From Obrimoposthia wandeli (lineage: Eukaryota), in NCBI GenBank assembly GCA_977020255.1, contig CDROCS010005216.1, positions 1-64,000 of the forward strand: a stretch of DNA of 64,000 bases, in the 5' to 3' direction. Positions 48,623 through 59,003 of the stretch are shown here, piece by piece. The number at the start of each line of letters is the position of its first letter. The stretch's first letter is position 1. The position numbers and the translations under genes are program-made. Below the pieces are notes generated by a model that worked only from the letters and a program-made list of their open reading frames with translations, was not told the origin of the DNA and ran no database searches.

Positions 48623-48910
48623 CTAAATTTTAAAATCGTTGGTATCAAGCGACTGAACTAATAATGTTTCTATTAATTCACCTCGGCTAACACCTTTATC
48701 TTTTGCTAAAGCGTCTAAACGTTCAAATACATCTTGATGTAATTTAAACTCAACTCGCTTTAGGCCATTGTTCTTATCACGCTTAACTTGGTTGCGCTTG
48801 TTAATTTTAACTTGCACGCTGCGTGAATGAGGATTCGTTTTTGGTCGCCCCGGACGCTTTTCATCGCTAAATAAGTCAATGGTTGTTAAATCTGCTACTT
48901 CTTTTGCCAT
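48623..48910 (-). CDS. ybfE: YbfE-like ribbon-helix-helix protein
   Basis: TIDLFSDEKRPGRPKTNP, NKRNQVKRD and GLKRVEFK; canonical position upstream of fldA. Confidence 0.85.
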   Translation of the reverse strand: MAKEVADLTTIDLFSDEKRPGRPKTNPHSRSVQVKINKRNQVKRDKNNGLKRVEFKLHQDVFERLDALAKDKGVSRGELIETLLVQSLDTNDFKI

Positions 48911-48922
48911 CTTATTACTTAC

Positions 48923-49144
48923 TTATCCAACGCCCTGACTTTCCCAAACAAGCTGAATTATGCCTTTGGCAATAAATCCTGCGCATCCTAAAAATAATAC
49001 AAAATAAACAACAATCTTTCCCATTTTAGGAACATCGTTTTTATTCATTACATCATGGATTGTTAACCCAATGAAAATAAAAATAAAAGCATAAAATAAA
49101 TTCAACCCAATGGTTTCAATTAATTCAAAGTTTTCTGCTATCAT
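48923..49144 (-). CDS. DUF2788 family small membrane protein
   Basis: FIGLTIHDV..K..VPK.GK.VVYFVLFLG..GFIAKG; syntenic between ybfE and ybfF. ATG 49144 is preferred over 49180. Confidence 0.8.
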   Translation of the reverse strand: MIAENFELIETIGLNLFYAFIFIFIGLTIHDVMNKNDVPKMGKIVVYFVLFLGCAGFIAKGIIQLVWESQGVG

Positions 49145-49328
49145 AATTAACCCTAAAATTTTCAGGCCGCACCATAGCATATTGTTGCTTTTAAAGACAT
49201 TAATTTTGTTACTTTTGTAACGCTTTTATCAACAATGCTTTGCTACTAATACGCCTATTAGGCCGTGGGTGTGGCAATTATATTTGCCCTGATTATACAA
49301 GTATTACTTTTATCAAAGCAGAACTAGA

Positions 49329-50099
49329 TCAATTAGATGCTAAAAATCCTAAAACACTGCGGTTAAAAGCAACGGTTTTTTCAGCATGTAACCAATGGCC
49401 TGCACCTTGAATAACCCGTGCACGACTCTGTGGGAATAAGCGCAATATCTCTGTGCGATGTTCTGGTAGTATATAGTCAGAGTTTGCGCCTTTAATAAAT
49501 AACGTTGCACCGTTATAGCTATTTTCACCCTGATAAGTTTTCATGATATTGTGATAATTGGCGTCGATATTATCGATATTACATTTAAATGAGAACTGGC
49601 CATTTTCACTGCTCAAGTTACGCAATAAAAACTGTCTAACACCAACATTATCAACATATTGCGCTAGTTGTTTATCAGCATCTTTGCGTTGTGTGATTGC
49701 CGTTAAATCTACGGCTTTTAAACCAGCAATAATTTCGCTGTGGTGTGCCGGGTATTCAACGGGAGCAATATCAGCAACAATTAGCTTTTCAACAAATTGA
49801 GGTTTCGTTAGTGCTAATTCCATGGCTATTTTTCCGCCCATAGAATGACCCAATACCACGGCACTGTCGATTGCCAAATGCTGCATAACGTCAACAACAT
49901 CTTGCGCCATCAAAGGGTAGTCCATTGCACTATCGTGAAATGAGTCACCATGATTACGTACATCAATGCTAGTAACGCGGTAGTCTTCTGCTAATACCTT
50001 AGCGACCATGTTGAGGTTTTCTAGGCGACCGAATAAGCCATGTATAAGGACAATATCCTTGCCGCTGCCGAGTTGTTGGTAGTTTAAAAGCTTCGCCAT
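49329..50099 (-). CDS. ybfF: Alpha/beta hydrolase (esterase YbfF)
   Basis: LIHGLFG, DVRNHG, GHSMGGK and AGHWLHAEK; divergent from seqA. Confidence 0.9.
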   Translation of the reverse strand: MAKLLNYQQLGSGKDIVLIHGLFGRLENLNMVAKVLAEDYRVTSIDVRNHGDSFHDSAMDYPLMAQDVVDVMQHLAIDSAVVLGHSMGGKIAMELALTKPQFVEKLIVADIAPVEYPAHHSEIIAGLKAVDLTAITQRKDADKQLAQYVDNVGVRQFLLRNLSSENGQFSFKCNIDNIDANYHNIMKTYQGENSYNGATLFIKGANSDYILPEHRTEILRLFPQSRARVIQGAGHWLHAEKTVAFNRSVLGFLASN

Positions 50100-50329
50100 T
50101 GCTGTCTCATAAGTAAATGCAGGATTATCTTAGAGCAGAATTGTCCTTGTTTTTATATTGTTATGCAATAAAACCACGTTATTTCTATCGTAAATAAAAG
50201 CAATGTTAAATTTATTGCTAACGTGCTTTCTTAAAAATATTTTCATCATTTGTACATCCACTATAGAGACTTCTTATTAACGTAAGTATAATCTTGCCGC
50301 GATCTATAATAATTTTCCTAGGGTCATCA

Positions 50330-50878
50330 ATGAAAAACATCGAAATAGATGAAGAGCTTTATCACCACATTGCGTCGAATACCCAATATATTGGCGAAAG
50401 TGCGTCGTCGATTTTACGTCGTCTAATTAAGTTACCAACACAGAGTAATGCTACGGTTGTTGCCGCTGAAGCTGATGTTGTTGAAGAAATTGTAGAGAAG
50501 GTCGTTGAAAAACCAGCTAAAACAACACAAGTAGATGTTAATGGCACGGTATTTAACTATATCAATAAAGAAGAATTAGCGATGCAACGCGGTGCTGTTG
50601 GTCGTTTCTTATTAATTTTAGCTGCGTTGTACCGTGTGCATAATAAGCAATTCTCTACAGTGTGCAATATTAGAGGTCGCGACCGTTTATACTTTGCTGC
50701 CAGTGAAAATGAGCTTACCGCGAGTGGCAGCAGCACTAAACCACGTCAAATACCAGACAGCCCATTTTGGGTGATCACAAACTCGAATACCACGCGTAAA
50801 AAAATGATGTTGACCGAAGTGGGTCGTGCGTTAGGTTATAACGAGCAAGACATAGAAAATATTCGCGATTTACTTTAG
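50330..50878 (+). CDS. seqA: Replication initiation negative regulator SeqA
   Basis: [39 protein letters not shown] and [15 protein letters not shown] 50330 is preferred over TTG 50294. Confidence 0.95.
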   Translation: MKNIEIDEELYHHIASNTQYIGESASSILRRLIKLPTQSNATVVAAEADVVEEIVEKVVEKPAKTTQVDVNGTVFNYINKEELAMQRGAVGRFLLILAALYRVHNKQFSTVCNIRGRDRLYFAASENELTASGSSTKPRQIPDSPFWVITNSNTTRKKMMLTEVGRALGYNEQDIENIRDLL

Positions 50879-51074
50879 TGATGTCAGTTGCTTAATCGTG
50901 TTTTTATCGACGTTGCTTTGCTCGTCGACATAATCATTTGATTAAACATATGCTGTTAATTGATATTAATTAACAGCAAGGCGCGTTAGTACCGTTCTGA
51001 CTCGTATTCGTAATGTTGACACTTATTTAGGTATTGCAGAAAAACTTAAGTTTTATAAGGGACAAGGAATTTAA

Positions 51075-52721
51075 ATGACAATTCATCATCATGCAGGCAA
51101 ACCGGCAAGACCAGAAGACAGAATCAATATCGGTCGTTTAGTGAGTGATTATTTTTTGCAAACACCAAATGTTGATATTGCAGAACAAAAAGTCACTTTT
51201 GGTACTTCTGGGCATCGTGGTAATGCCAGTAAATTAAGCTTTAATCAGCAACACATTGAAGCTATATGTCAGGCGGTTGCTGAATATCGTCAAGCGCAAG
51301 GTTTTCAAGGGCCACTTTATTTAGGTAAAGACACCCATGCTTTATCTGAACCTGCTTTTGCTTCTGCTATTTCGGTGTTAATTGCCAACAATGTCCCTGT
51401 TGTAATTCAAGATGATGAAGGTTTTACACCAACACCGGTGATTTCACGTTTGATCATTGTGCATAATAAAACGCATAAAGAACAAGCTGATGGCTTGATC
51501 ATCACGCCTTCGCACAACCCTCCTACTGATGGTGGCATTAAATATAATCCACCGCATGGCGGACCAGCAGAAGGTGAAATAACAAAAGTTATTGAGCAAC
51601 GTGCTAACGAAATTATTGCCAATAAATTGGTTGATGTTAAACGCCTTGATTATAGCCAAGCACTGCAGTCTGCATTATTAAACCGTGAAGACTTCATCAA
51701 TTTTTATGTTGAGCAATTAAGCCAGGTTGTTGATATGGAAGCGATTGCCAAAGCAGGCGTGCATATTGGCGTTGACCCTCTTGGTGGCTCAGGCATTCAT
51801 TATTGGCCAGTGATTGCTAAAAAATATGGCCTAAATTTGGATGTAGTTAATCCGGTTGTTGATGCTAGCTTTGCGTTTATGCCGTTAGATAAAGATGGCA
51901 AAATTCGTATGGATTGTTCATCGCCTTATGCTATGTCTGGTTTAATCGCCTTAAAAGATAAGTTTGATGTTGCTGTTGGTAACGACCCAGATTTTGACCG
52001 TCACGGCATTGTCACTAAAAGTGGCGGTTTGATGAACCCGAACCATTACTTAGCGGTATCTATTCATTATTTAATGACGCACAGAAACTGGCCAGCCACT
52101 TGTAAAATAGGTAAAACATTAGTCTCTAGTTCGCTTATTGACCGTGTTGCTAAACTGATTGACCGCCCATTGTCAGAAGTGCCGGTCGGTTTTAAATGGT
52201 TTGTTGATGGTTTACACGATGCAAGCTATGCCTTTGGTGGTGAAGAAAGTGCTGGCGCGTCATTTATTGCTCGCGATGGCAGCTGCTGGACCACAGATAA
52301 AGACGGTTTTGTTATGACGTTATTAGCAGCTGAAATGCTTGCGGTAACCGGGAAAGACCCTTACCAACTATATCAAGCCTTAGCTGAGCAACTAGGCGAG
52401 CCATGTTATGGCCGTGTAGAAGCAGTAGCGAACTTAAAACAAAAGCAGGTACTAACTTCACTTACCCCTGCGGCTATTACTACTGACGTATTAGCGGGTG
52501 AAAAAATAACGCAAATTTTGTCTCATGCACCAGGCAATAATGCGGCTATTGGTGGTATTAAAGTGTGTACTGAAAACGGCTGGTTTGCCGCTCGCCCATC
52601 GGGGACAGAAGACATTTACAAGATATACGCAGAAAGCTTTATTGATGATACGCATTTGCAGCTAATTATTAGCGACGCACAAAAATTAGTAAGCGCGGCA
52701 TTTGTTGCAGCGGGCTTGTAA
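51075..52721 (+). CDS. pgm: Phosphoglucomutase
   Basis: FGTSGHRG, phosphoserine ITPSHNPP, NDPDFDRHG, GGEESAG and ARPSGTE. Confidence 0.96.
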   Translation: MTIHHHAGKPARPEDRINIGRLVSDYFLQTPNVDIAEQKVTFGTSGHRGNASKLSFNQQHIEAICQAVAEYRQAQGFQGPLYLGKDTHALSEPAFASAISVLIANNVPVVIQDDEGFTPTPVISRLIIVHNKTHKEQADGLIITPSHNPPTDGGIKYNPPHGGPAEGEITKVIEQRANEIIANKLVDVKRLDYSQALQSALLNREDFINFYVEQLSQVVDMEAIAKAGVHIGVDPLGGSGIHYWPVIAKKYGLNLDVVNPVVDASFAFMPLDKDGKIRMDCSSPYAMSGLIALKDKFDVAVGNDPDFDRHGIVTKSGGLMNPNHYLAVSIHYLMTHRNWPATCKIGKTLVSSSLIDRVAKLIDRPLSEVPVGFKWFVDGLHDASYAFGGEESAGASFIARDGSCWTTDKDGFVMTLLAAEMLAVTGKDPYQLYQALAEQLGEPCYGRVEAVANLKQKQVLTSLTPAAITTDVLAGEKITQILSHAPGNNAAIGGIKVCTENGWFAARPSGTEDIYKIYAESFIDDTHLQLIISDAQKLVSAAFVAAGL

Positions 52722-52788
52722 CTGAGTATAAGAATAGATTTTGTAAAAAGTATTATTCAGTAGTTTGCTAAGTAATTTACTGAAAACG

Positions 52789-52816
52789 AAAAAAGGTGCT
52801 AACAGGCACCTTTTTT
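52789..52816. terminator. Bidirectional terminator after pgm
   Basis: AAAAAAGGTGC-TAACAG-GCACCTTTTTT. Confidence 0.8.
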
Positions 52817-53031
52817 GTTCGTTGAGTAATAAAGCATGGAAGCTGGTAGCAGACCATTAAATGATGCTTTTCTCAGATAATATAATAACGACTCGACTTT
52901 TTCGGTTACGGGTTAGAAAGAGCAAGTTAGGTTTTTATACTGAACTCTCTAATGGGCTCAACATTCATTGTTGATATAAAAGTTAAAAATGTAATGTAGT
53001 TTATTTCAATATTATTAGGCGTTTGTGAACG

Positions 53032-53292
53032 CTATAAAAACAACTGAATTACTTCGGTACAATTCTGAAGTGTTTCTACTATTTCAGGTGAAAAGCCAAT
53101 TTCCAAAAAATCAGAGAGACTTTTGAAGTCTTCGCCACTATAATTTTCTAAAAATTGCTTTACAGTTTCCTTAGCTCTCTCAGGTAAATCATTGGTATTT
53201 TCTATTACCTCTAAAATTTGCCCGCTAGTTACAGTTGCGGTTCCTTTAAAATCTATTGGTGGTATTGTAAAACTCACTGAACCGCTTGGCAT
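53032..53292 (-). CDS. Hypothetical acidic protein (86 aa)
   Basis: AAAGGAAAG SD before the ATG; amphipathic helical sequence; no family recognised. Confidence 0.6.
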   Translation of the reverse strand: MPSGSVSFTIPPIDFKGTATVTSGQILEVIENTNDLPERAKETVKQFLENYSGEDFKSLSDFLEIGFSPEIVETLQNCTEVIQLFL

Positions 53293-53457
53293 ATACTTTC
53301 CTTTGAAATTAGTATCCCGTAACTTTAATTCTATAATAACAGTGATTTATAGCGTTGCTTGAATTCTACTAGTTGCCGTTGATTTTAACTATTCCTAAAT
53401 TTGACTGATTGCAGGGGAGATGACTTAACTTTTTGACATTCATAATCGGGCATATTT

Positions 53458-53664
53458 TCACCTAGTACCCAGTACAAAGCCTCTAGTTGAGAAACTAAGG
53501 ATGGCTTGTTCTATTACTATAGTTTGTTCTGAAAAGTCGCAAGCCTTTGGACGATGTAGTCTTTTGTCACGCTCTATTTCCTCAATTTCAGTTTTTACTT
53601 CTTTGAAGTTTTTCATATGTTGTCTATCAATATCCATCTTCAACTCCGTTATTAGCATTCTCAT
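53458..53664 (-). CDS. Hypothetical 68-aa protein, possibly translated from a leaderless transcript
   Basis: Charged helical ORF; the ATG lies 9 nt downstream of a TATCTT -10; no SD. Confidence 0.4.
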   Translation of the reverse strand: MRMLITELKMDIDRQHMKNFKEVKTEIEEIERDKRLHRPKACDFSEQTIVIEQAILSFSTRGFVLGTR

Positions 53665-53673
53665 TTCATACTT

Positions 53674-53702
53674 AAGATACTACCTGGAATTATAATTGTC
53701 AA
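53674..53702 (-). promoter_or_regulatory. Near-consensus sigma70 promoter
   Basis: On the minus strand: TTGACA (53702-53697), 17-bp spacer, TATCTT (53679-53674). Confidence 0.6.
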
Positions 53703-54093
53703 TGATGAGGTTTGTTTTATGTTGTTGATTAATATGGCGTTATTGCAGTTTTGTGTTGTTGCGATGTTAGGTTCATTATCAGCACGTATACCGATGTCCT
53801 CTGAAGTAATAGCTTTATCAGTTAACCGTTTATCACGCTAGCAAGTAAAGGTTTTCTTTGTTATTTAAGCACTAAAGCACAATCACGGTTTGAGTTGGTT
53901 TTAGTGTATTCAGCTTTATTTTTAATGTAGATTTAAGCTGTCGACTTTTATTGAAAACGTCTTTTCTTGTAGATAACAAGTTTCAGTTATTTGGGGTAAC
54001 GAATCGAAGAAAAACCACAGATGCTATACAGCCGTGTGAATAATATTGTTACTATTATGGTTAAGTTATTTTTAATGTTTTTAGGAGCTTGTA

Positions 54094-54600
54094 TTGATTT
54101 TTGAAACTGACAGGTTATGTATTCGCCAAATAACAAGTGATGATGCTAAAAACCTCTCAAAAGTGTTAGCTGATCCTGTCGTTATGCAATATTCGACAGT
54201 TGGTGTTCATACCCAAGAACAAATAGATAATTATATCGCCGATTGTAAGAGCCTATATGAGGTAAATGGTTTTGGCCATTGGGCTATTTATAATTCTGCT
54301 AGCAATGAATTTGTTGGTGTGTGTGGTCTTAATAAACATCAAGTAGCAGCTGACGATGTTATACATATTAACTATCGTCTAGTCGCTGACCAGCAGGGTA
54401 AAGGTTATGCTGTTGAGGCTACTTTAGGTGTATTAGATTTTGCTAAGAAACACTTAAAACTAAACGTTATACATGCACTTATAGAGCCAGCGAACGTTAG
54501 CTCTGTTAAAGTAGTTAATAGAGCAGGTTTTAAGTTTGTTAAGCCTGCCGTATTCCGTGGCTTTAATATAGATATTTACCAAGTTGAATTATCCAATTAG
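54094..54600 (+). CDS. GNAT family N-acetyltransferase (RimJ/RimL-like)
   Basis: FETDRLCIR, GFGHWAI, FVGVCGL, QGKGYAVEA and NVSSVKVVNRAGF; AGGAG SD with a TTG start. Confidence 0.88.
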   Translation: MIFETDRLCIRQITSDDAKNLSKVLADPVVMQYSTVGVHTQEQIDNYIADCKSLYEVNGFGHWAIYNSASNEFVGVCGLNKHQVAADDVIHINYRLVADQQGKGYAVEATLGVLDFAKKHLKLNVIHALIEPANVSSVKVVNRAGFKFVKPAVFRGFNIDIYQVELSN

Positions 54601-54664
54601 TCATAACTTTCGCATGGGATAGTGCTCTAATGTCAGCGATAAATTGAAAACTCGACAGCTAACG

Positions 54665-55669
54665 CTAAACAAATGTCCAAGCCAAAACACGGGTTATTTT
54701 ATTCCCCTGCTGCATCTCTATTTCGCGTATATCGGTGGCACCTAATTTTTGAAGCAATTTTTTTGCCGGCTTAACATTGTCTATTTTCGATACTAAGCTA
54801 GTAAACCAACGACATTGAGTTGCAAAATATTGGCTTTCTTTGATCATTTTTTTCAGGAACATGCGTTCACCGCCTTTACACCAAAGTTCGGCATCTTGGC
54901 CGCCAAAATTTAACGTTGAAGCGCTGGTTATTGATTTTTGTTGGTTATCGGTTTGAGTCACATTAATTGATTTTTTGGCTGAGCGATTACGGGCAAGATT
55001 ATCAACTTTACGTTGACTGCCTTTGATAGCTTCTTCTTGTGAGGCATGAAAAGGTGGGTTGCATACACTAACATCAAAGATTTCACCGCTTTGAATAATG
55101 CCGTCAAAAATATGATTTTTATCCGATTGTGTACGTAATTCAAAGCAATTCTTTAGTTTGGGGTTATGCGTAATAATCGAAGCCACGTTATCAATGGACT
55201 CGCTATTGATATCGCTGCCAACACAGTGCCAACCATATATTTTACAGGCCAATAATGGATAAATGCCATTAGCGCCAGTGCCTATATCAAGCAAGCGGGC
55301 TTTTGGCTGACTATCAGCTAAACCAACTGAATCAGCTGTCGGCAGTTCAATACCAAGTAACTCAGCGATATAGTGGATGTAGTCTACTCGTCCTGGAATG
55401 GGAGGACAAAGTGCGCCTGGTGGAATATCCCAATCGTTAATATTGTAGTGATGTTTTAATAAAGCAGAATTTAAGGCTTTTACGGCCTGTGGCTCTGCAA
55501 AATCGATCGAGATATTGCCATGACTATTGGCTTTCACATACGGTTTTAAAACTGGGTAACTTGTTATAAGTGCAGGGAAGTCGTAACCATTTTTATGTAG
55601 GTTTCTCGGGTGCAGAGGTTTGTGATTTATTTTTGTTTGATGCTTTTTACTTTTCTGGCTTGTGCTCAC
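54665..55669 (-). CDS. rlmF: 23S rRNA m6A1618 methyltransferase
   Basis: LHPRNLH, LCPPIPGRVDYIHY, LDIGTGANGIYP, CNPPFH, ELWCKGGE and QCRWFTSLVSK. Confidence 0.95.
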   Translation of the reverse strand: MSTSQKSKKHQTKINHKPLHPRNLHKNGYDFPALITSYPVLKPYVKANSHGNISIDFAEPQAVKALNSALLKHHYNINDWDIPPGALCPPIPGRVDYIHYIAELLGIELPTADSVGLADSQPKARLLDIGTGANGIYPLLACKIYGWHCVGSDINSESIDNVASIITHNPKLKNCFELRTQSDKNHIFDGIIQSGEIFDVSVCNPPFHASQEEAIKGSQRKVDNLARNRSAKKSINVTQTDNQQKSITSASTLNFGGQDAELWCKGGERMFLKKMIKESQYFATQCRWFTSLVSKIDNVKPAKKLLQKLGATDIREIEMQQGNKITRVLAWTFV

Positions 55670-55888
55670 AATGATAGGTCCGAGGTTTGGGCTTCAAAAA
55701 ACAGGCGAGGGTGGTTATAATTGCTGATTATAACCTTAATTGTTCGCACAAAGAATACCGTTAAGGTGGCAATAGTTAGTGCTCAGAACATTGCTATGAA
55801 CCATAAGGGTATTGTGCTTTATATTCAAAAGCTTACTTAATAGCTAACGTTTTCGAAACAGTGCTGAACGATAGGATTAAACCATTTC

Positions 55889-56392
55889 ATGTATAAAAAA
55901 AAGCAAGATGCCAAGCCACAAGTGATTTCTTACGAACGCGTAAAATCCTACATGTTTTGGCTAATTGAACGTTATGGCGATTATTCGACAAAAAAACTGC
56001 TGCAAAAGGCAAATTTACTGTTTAGGGATGATACTCAGTTTAATCAGCCGGCACTTGATTACCTGATTGAGCGAGACATCGTTAATGATCTTCGCTATGC
56101 GCAGCGTTTAACGATGAGTTTTTCAGAAAAAAATATTGGTCCTAACAAAATAAAAGAAAAACTTTATGCGAAAGGTTTTTCGTCTCAAGTGATCAATGAA
56201 TGTGTTGGTGCCATAGCAACAACAGATGAAGACTATTTTGATAAAGCACTGACGCTAAAGATCAGAAAGTTTGGTGAAGAGCCGATTGACGATATCAAGT
56301 TGAAGCAAAAAGCGTTACGGCATTTGATCAGCAAAGGGTTCTCATATGCTATTGCCAGTAAAGCGGTGAGTTACTCCGAAGACAATTATTAG
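55889..56392 (+). CDS. recX: RecX-family regulatory protein, not linked to recA
   Basis: Three helical repeats with NDLRYA, GPNKIKEKLYAKG and KQKALRHLISKGFSY. Confidence 0.75.
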   Translation: MYKKKQDAKPQVISYERVKSYMFWLIERYGDYSTKKLLQKANLLFRDDTQFNQPALDYLIERDIVNDLRYAQRLTMSFSEKNIGPNKIKEKLYAKGFSSQVINECVGAIATTDEDYFDKALTLKIRKFGEEPIDDIKLKQKALRHLISKGFSYAIASKAVSYSEDNY

Positions 56393-56462
56393 CGACGTCT
56401 ATAAAACTGGTAGTAAAGTCGAGCAATAAGCAAAAGTTGAGCAATAAGAAAAAGGAGAGGCA

Positions 56463-56642
56463 GTGGAATATATTTTTATATTTACCTATTCAGTGATACT
56501 TGCTGTGATGGTCGGCGGCATTTTAGGCGCAGTAGTTGCGTTATTGAGTCGGCAGCACAAGGCACGAAATTTTCAAATCACTTTTTGCTATAGCGCTGTT
56601 GTCGTTGTTATTTTTATCATGCTGCGTATCTGGTTTAAATAA
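56463..56642 (+). CDS. Unlisted 59-aa two-TM membrane protein
   Basis: AAGGAGAGG SD, GTG start, MEYIFIFTYSVILAVMVGGILGAVVALLSRQHKARNFQITFCYSAVVVVIFIMLRIWFK, TAA at 56640-56642. Too short for the ORF track. Confidence 0.65.
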   Translation: MEYIFIFTYSVILAVMVGGILGAVVALLSRQHKARNFQITFCYSAVVVVIFIMLRIWFK

Positions 56643-56733
56643 GTTTAAATTTTACTATTCACTGATATTAGAGCCTCATCAATACCTTCACTAATGCCTA
56701 CTTTAATATCAGCTTGAGGCCCCCAGTAGTAGC

Positions 56734-57636
56734 TTAACTCTCTGTTAATAACCACGCTTTAAAGCATTCGATCACTGAAGATGTGCGATGCTGGATGATG
56801 TAATAACCCGTATTAGCATTTATAGGCTGAAATGGTGAGATGAGTCGACCTTGTTTAAAGTCTTCTTCCACCAAGGCATATCTTGCCAGTGCTATACCTA
56901 ACCCCGCTTCTGCCGCCGCCATGGCCATGTCAGTGCGGTTGAAAAAGTGGCCTTGATTACTCTCTGCTTTTATATGCATTTGTTCAAACCAATACTGCCA
57001 CTCAGCATGTTTTTTGGCGTTTCGCCATGGCATAGCATCATGCAATAACGTTACCGACTGCCATATCTGCTGTTGATTCTTTGCCGAATTGTCTTGCCAA
57101 TCGAAACGCTGAAAATAGCTTGGGCTCATCACTGGAATAAGTTGTTCGCTTAGGAGCAATTGAGCATCTTGATTAGTATAAGGCGATTTTCCGTAGTCTA
57201 TAGCTAAATCAAAGTTACTGTTCTGGTGATCAACTAAGGCTCCTTCAGCATAGGTTTGAATACTAATGTTTGGATAAAGGTTATAAAATTTCTCAAGGCG
57301 AGGGATTAGCCATTTATAGGCAAAAGAGGGAGTTAGTTTTAACTTTATTTCACCATCAGGCGATTGTCCTTGTCTTAACTCATCAATAACATTTTCGATA
57401 TCGGCAAAATTATGCTGAACAACTTGGTATAGCTGCTTGCCGTCTTCAGTTAAGCTAATGCCCCTGGAGTGCCTTTCAAATAGCTTGAGAGATAGTTGGC
57501 TTTCTAATAAGTTTATCTGCTGGCTTATTGCACCCGTAGTGATATGTAATTGACTCGCTGTTTTAGTAAAACTGCCTAGCCGAGCCGCAACCTCAAAAGT
57601 CACTAATCCAGAAAATATACTGCCCTTCAATGCCAT
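56734..57636 (-). CDS. LysR-family regulator (GcvA-like), divergent from dadA
   Basis: FEVAARLGSFTKTASQLHITTGAISQQINLLE HTH, FAYKWLIPRL and AAEAGLGIAL. Confidence 0.92.
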   Translation of the reverse strand: MALKGSIFSGLVTFEVAARLGSFTKTASQLHITTGAISQQINLLESQLSLKLFERHSRGISLTEDGKQLYQVVQHNFADIENVIDELRQGQSPDGEIKLKLTPSFAYKWLIPRLEKFYNLYPNISIQTYAEGALVDHQNSNFDLAIDYGKSPYTNQDAQLLLSEQLIPVMSPSYFQRFDWQDNSAKNQQQIWQSVTLLHDAMPWRNAKKHAEWQYWFEQMHIKAESNQGHFFNRTDMAMAAAEAGLGIALARYALVEEDFKQGRLISPFQPINANTGYYIIQHRTSSVIECFKAWLLTES

Positions 57637-57649
57637 TTTTATCTCAGTC

Positions 57650-57664
57650 TTTAGAATTTCTAAA
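57650..57664. promoter_or_regulatory. LysR-type operator (T-N11-A palindrome)
   Basis: TTTAGA-ATT-TCTAAA between the divergent LysR and dadA genes. Confidence 0.6.
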
Positions 57665-57749
57665 CACAGATGTTAATAAATATCGTTTGATAAAGAAATA
57701 ATATTTTTGCATTGTGACCTTATATTTTTCACAAATTAAAGTTTTTCGC

Positions 57750-59003
57750 ATGAAAGTTATCGTTTTGGGATCTGGTGTAGTTGGATTAACATCTGCATGG
57801 TATTTAGCCCAGGCTGGCCATCAAGTAACCGTTATCGATAGACAAGCACAAAGTGCTGAGGAAACCAGTTTTGCTAACGCCGGCCAAATATCTTATGGCT
57901 ACTCCTCACCTTGGGCCGCACCTGGTGTACCGCTAAAAGCGATGAAGTGGTTAACTCAAAAACACTCGCCACTTATTATCAAACCGGGCACTTCGCCAGA
58001 GTTGTATCTTTGGACCATGGCACTGTTAAAAAACTGTAGTGAAAAAAACTATCAAGTTAACAAGAGTAGAATGCTGCGTGTTTCGAATTATAGCCGTCAA
58101 TGTTTACTCGACTTGCGGAAAAATCATGACATTATCTATGAAGGCCGACAACAGGGCACATTACAAGTTTTTAGAAAGCAATCGCAAGTTGAAGCCGTCG
58201 AAAAAGATATGCAATTACTATCGGCTAGCAACACACGTTTTAAGTTACTCAATGTTGAAGAGTGCGTAGATAAAGAGCCGGGGTTAGCGTTAGTAAAAAA
58301 TAAAATAGTCGCGGGCTTATATTTACCTGATGATGAAACGGGCGATTGCTATCAATTTTGTCAGCAATTAACTGATTTGGCTAAAAAGGCTGGCGTTGAA
58401 TTTAAATTTAATGTGCAAGTGAATGCATTATTAACTGAACACGAAAAAATAACTGCGGTTGATACTTCTATTGGCTTATTGACTGCCGATGCTTATGTTG
58501 TCGCATTAGGCTGTTATTCTGCGCAACTACTAAAAACGGTAGGTTTAAGCTTGCCGGTTTATCCAGTAAAAGGTTATTCGCTTACTTTACCGATGGAAAA
58601 TGCTCAGTATTCTCCTGTGTCAACAGTGATGGATGAAACCTATAAGGTCGCACTTACTCGTTTTGATGATCGCATTAGGGTTGCTGGCACCGCTGAACTT
58701 GCAGGCTTTAATTTAGATTTATCAGAAAAGAGAAAAGCAACCATCTCGATGGTGGTACAAGATTTGTTTCCGCAGGCTGGTGATATAAGTAAAGCCGAGT
58801 TTTGGACGGGACTTCGTCCGATGACACCTGATGGCACACCTATTATTGGCAAAACTAACATCACTAATTTATATACCAACACAGGTCATGGCACGTTAGG
58901 TTGGACGATGGCTTGTGGCTCAGGCAAGCTGTTAGCTGATGTTGTTTCAGGCCGAGAAACGGATATTGATGCTAGCGGATTAGATTCATTTCGTTACTTA
59001 TAA
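57750..59003 (+). CDS. dadA: D-amino acid dehydrogenase
   Basis: VLGSGVVG, ETSFANAGQIS, YPVKGYSLT, WTGLRPMTPDG and NTGHGTLGWTMACGSG. ATG 57750 is preferred over 57714. Confidence 0.93.
   Translation: MKVIVLGSGVVGLTSAWYLAQAGHQVTVIDRQAQSAEETSFANAGQISYGYSSPWAAPGVPLKAMKWLTQKHSPLIIKPGTSPELYLWTMALLKNCSEKNYQVNKSRMLRVSNYSRQCLLDLRKNHDIIYEGRQQGTLQVFRKQSQVEAVEKDMQLLSASNTRFKLLNVEECVDKEPGLALVKNKIVAGLYLPDDETGDCYQFCQQLTDLAKKAGVEFKFNVQVNALLTEHEKITAVDTSIGLLTADAYVVALGCYSAQLLKTVGLSLPVYPVKGYSLTLPMENAQYSPVSTVMDETYKVALTRFDDRIRVAGTAELAGFNLDLSEKRKATISMVVQDLFPQAGDISKAEFWTGLRPMTPDGTPIIGKTNITNLYTNTGHGTLGWTMACGSGKLLADVVSGRETDIDASGLDSFRYL

Noticed and set aside
48600-49320. Expected LexA box for ybfE
   Set aside because: No CTGT-N8-ACAG was found by eye upstream of ybfE or DUF2788, so SOS control is not claimed.
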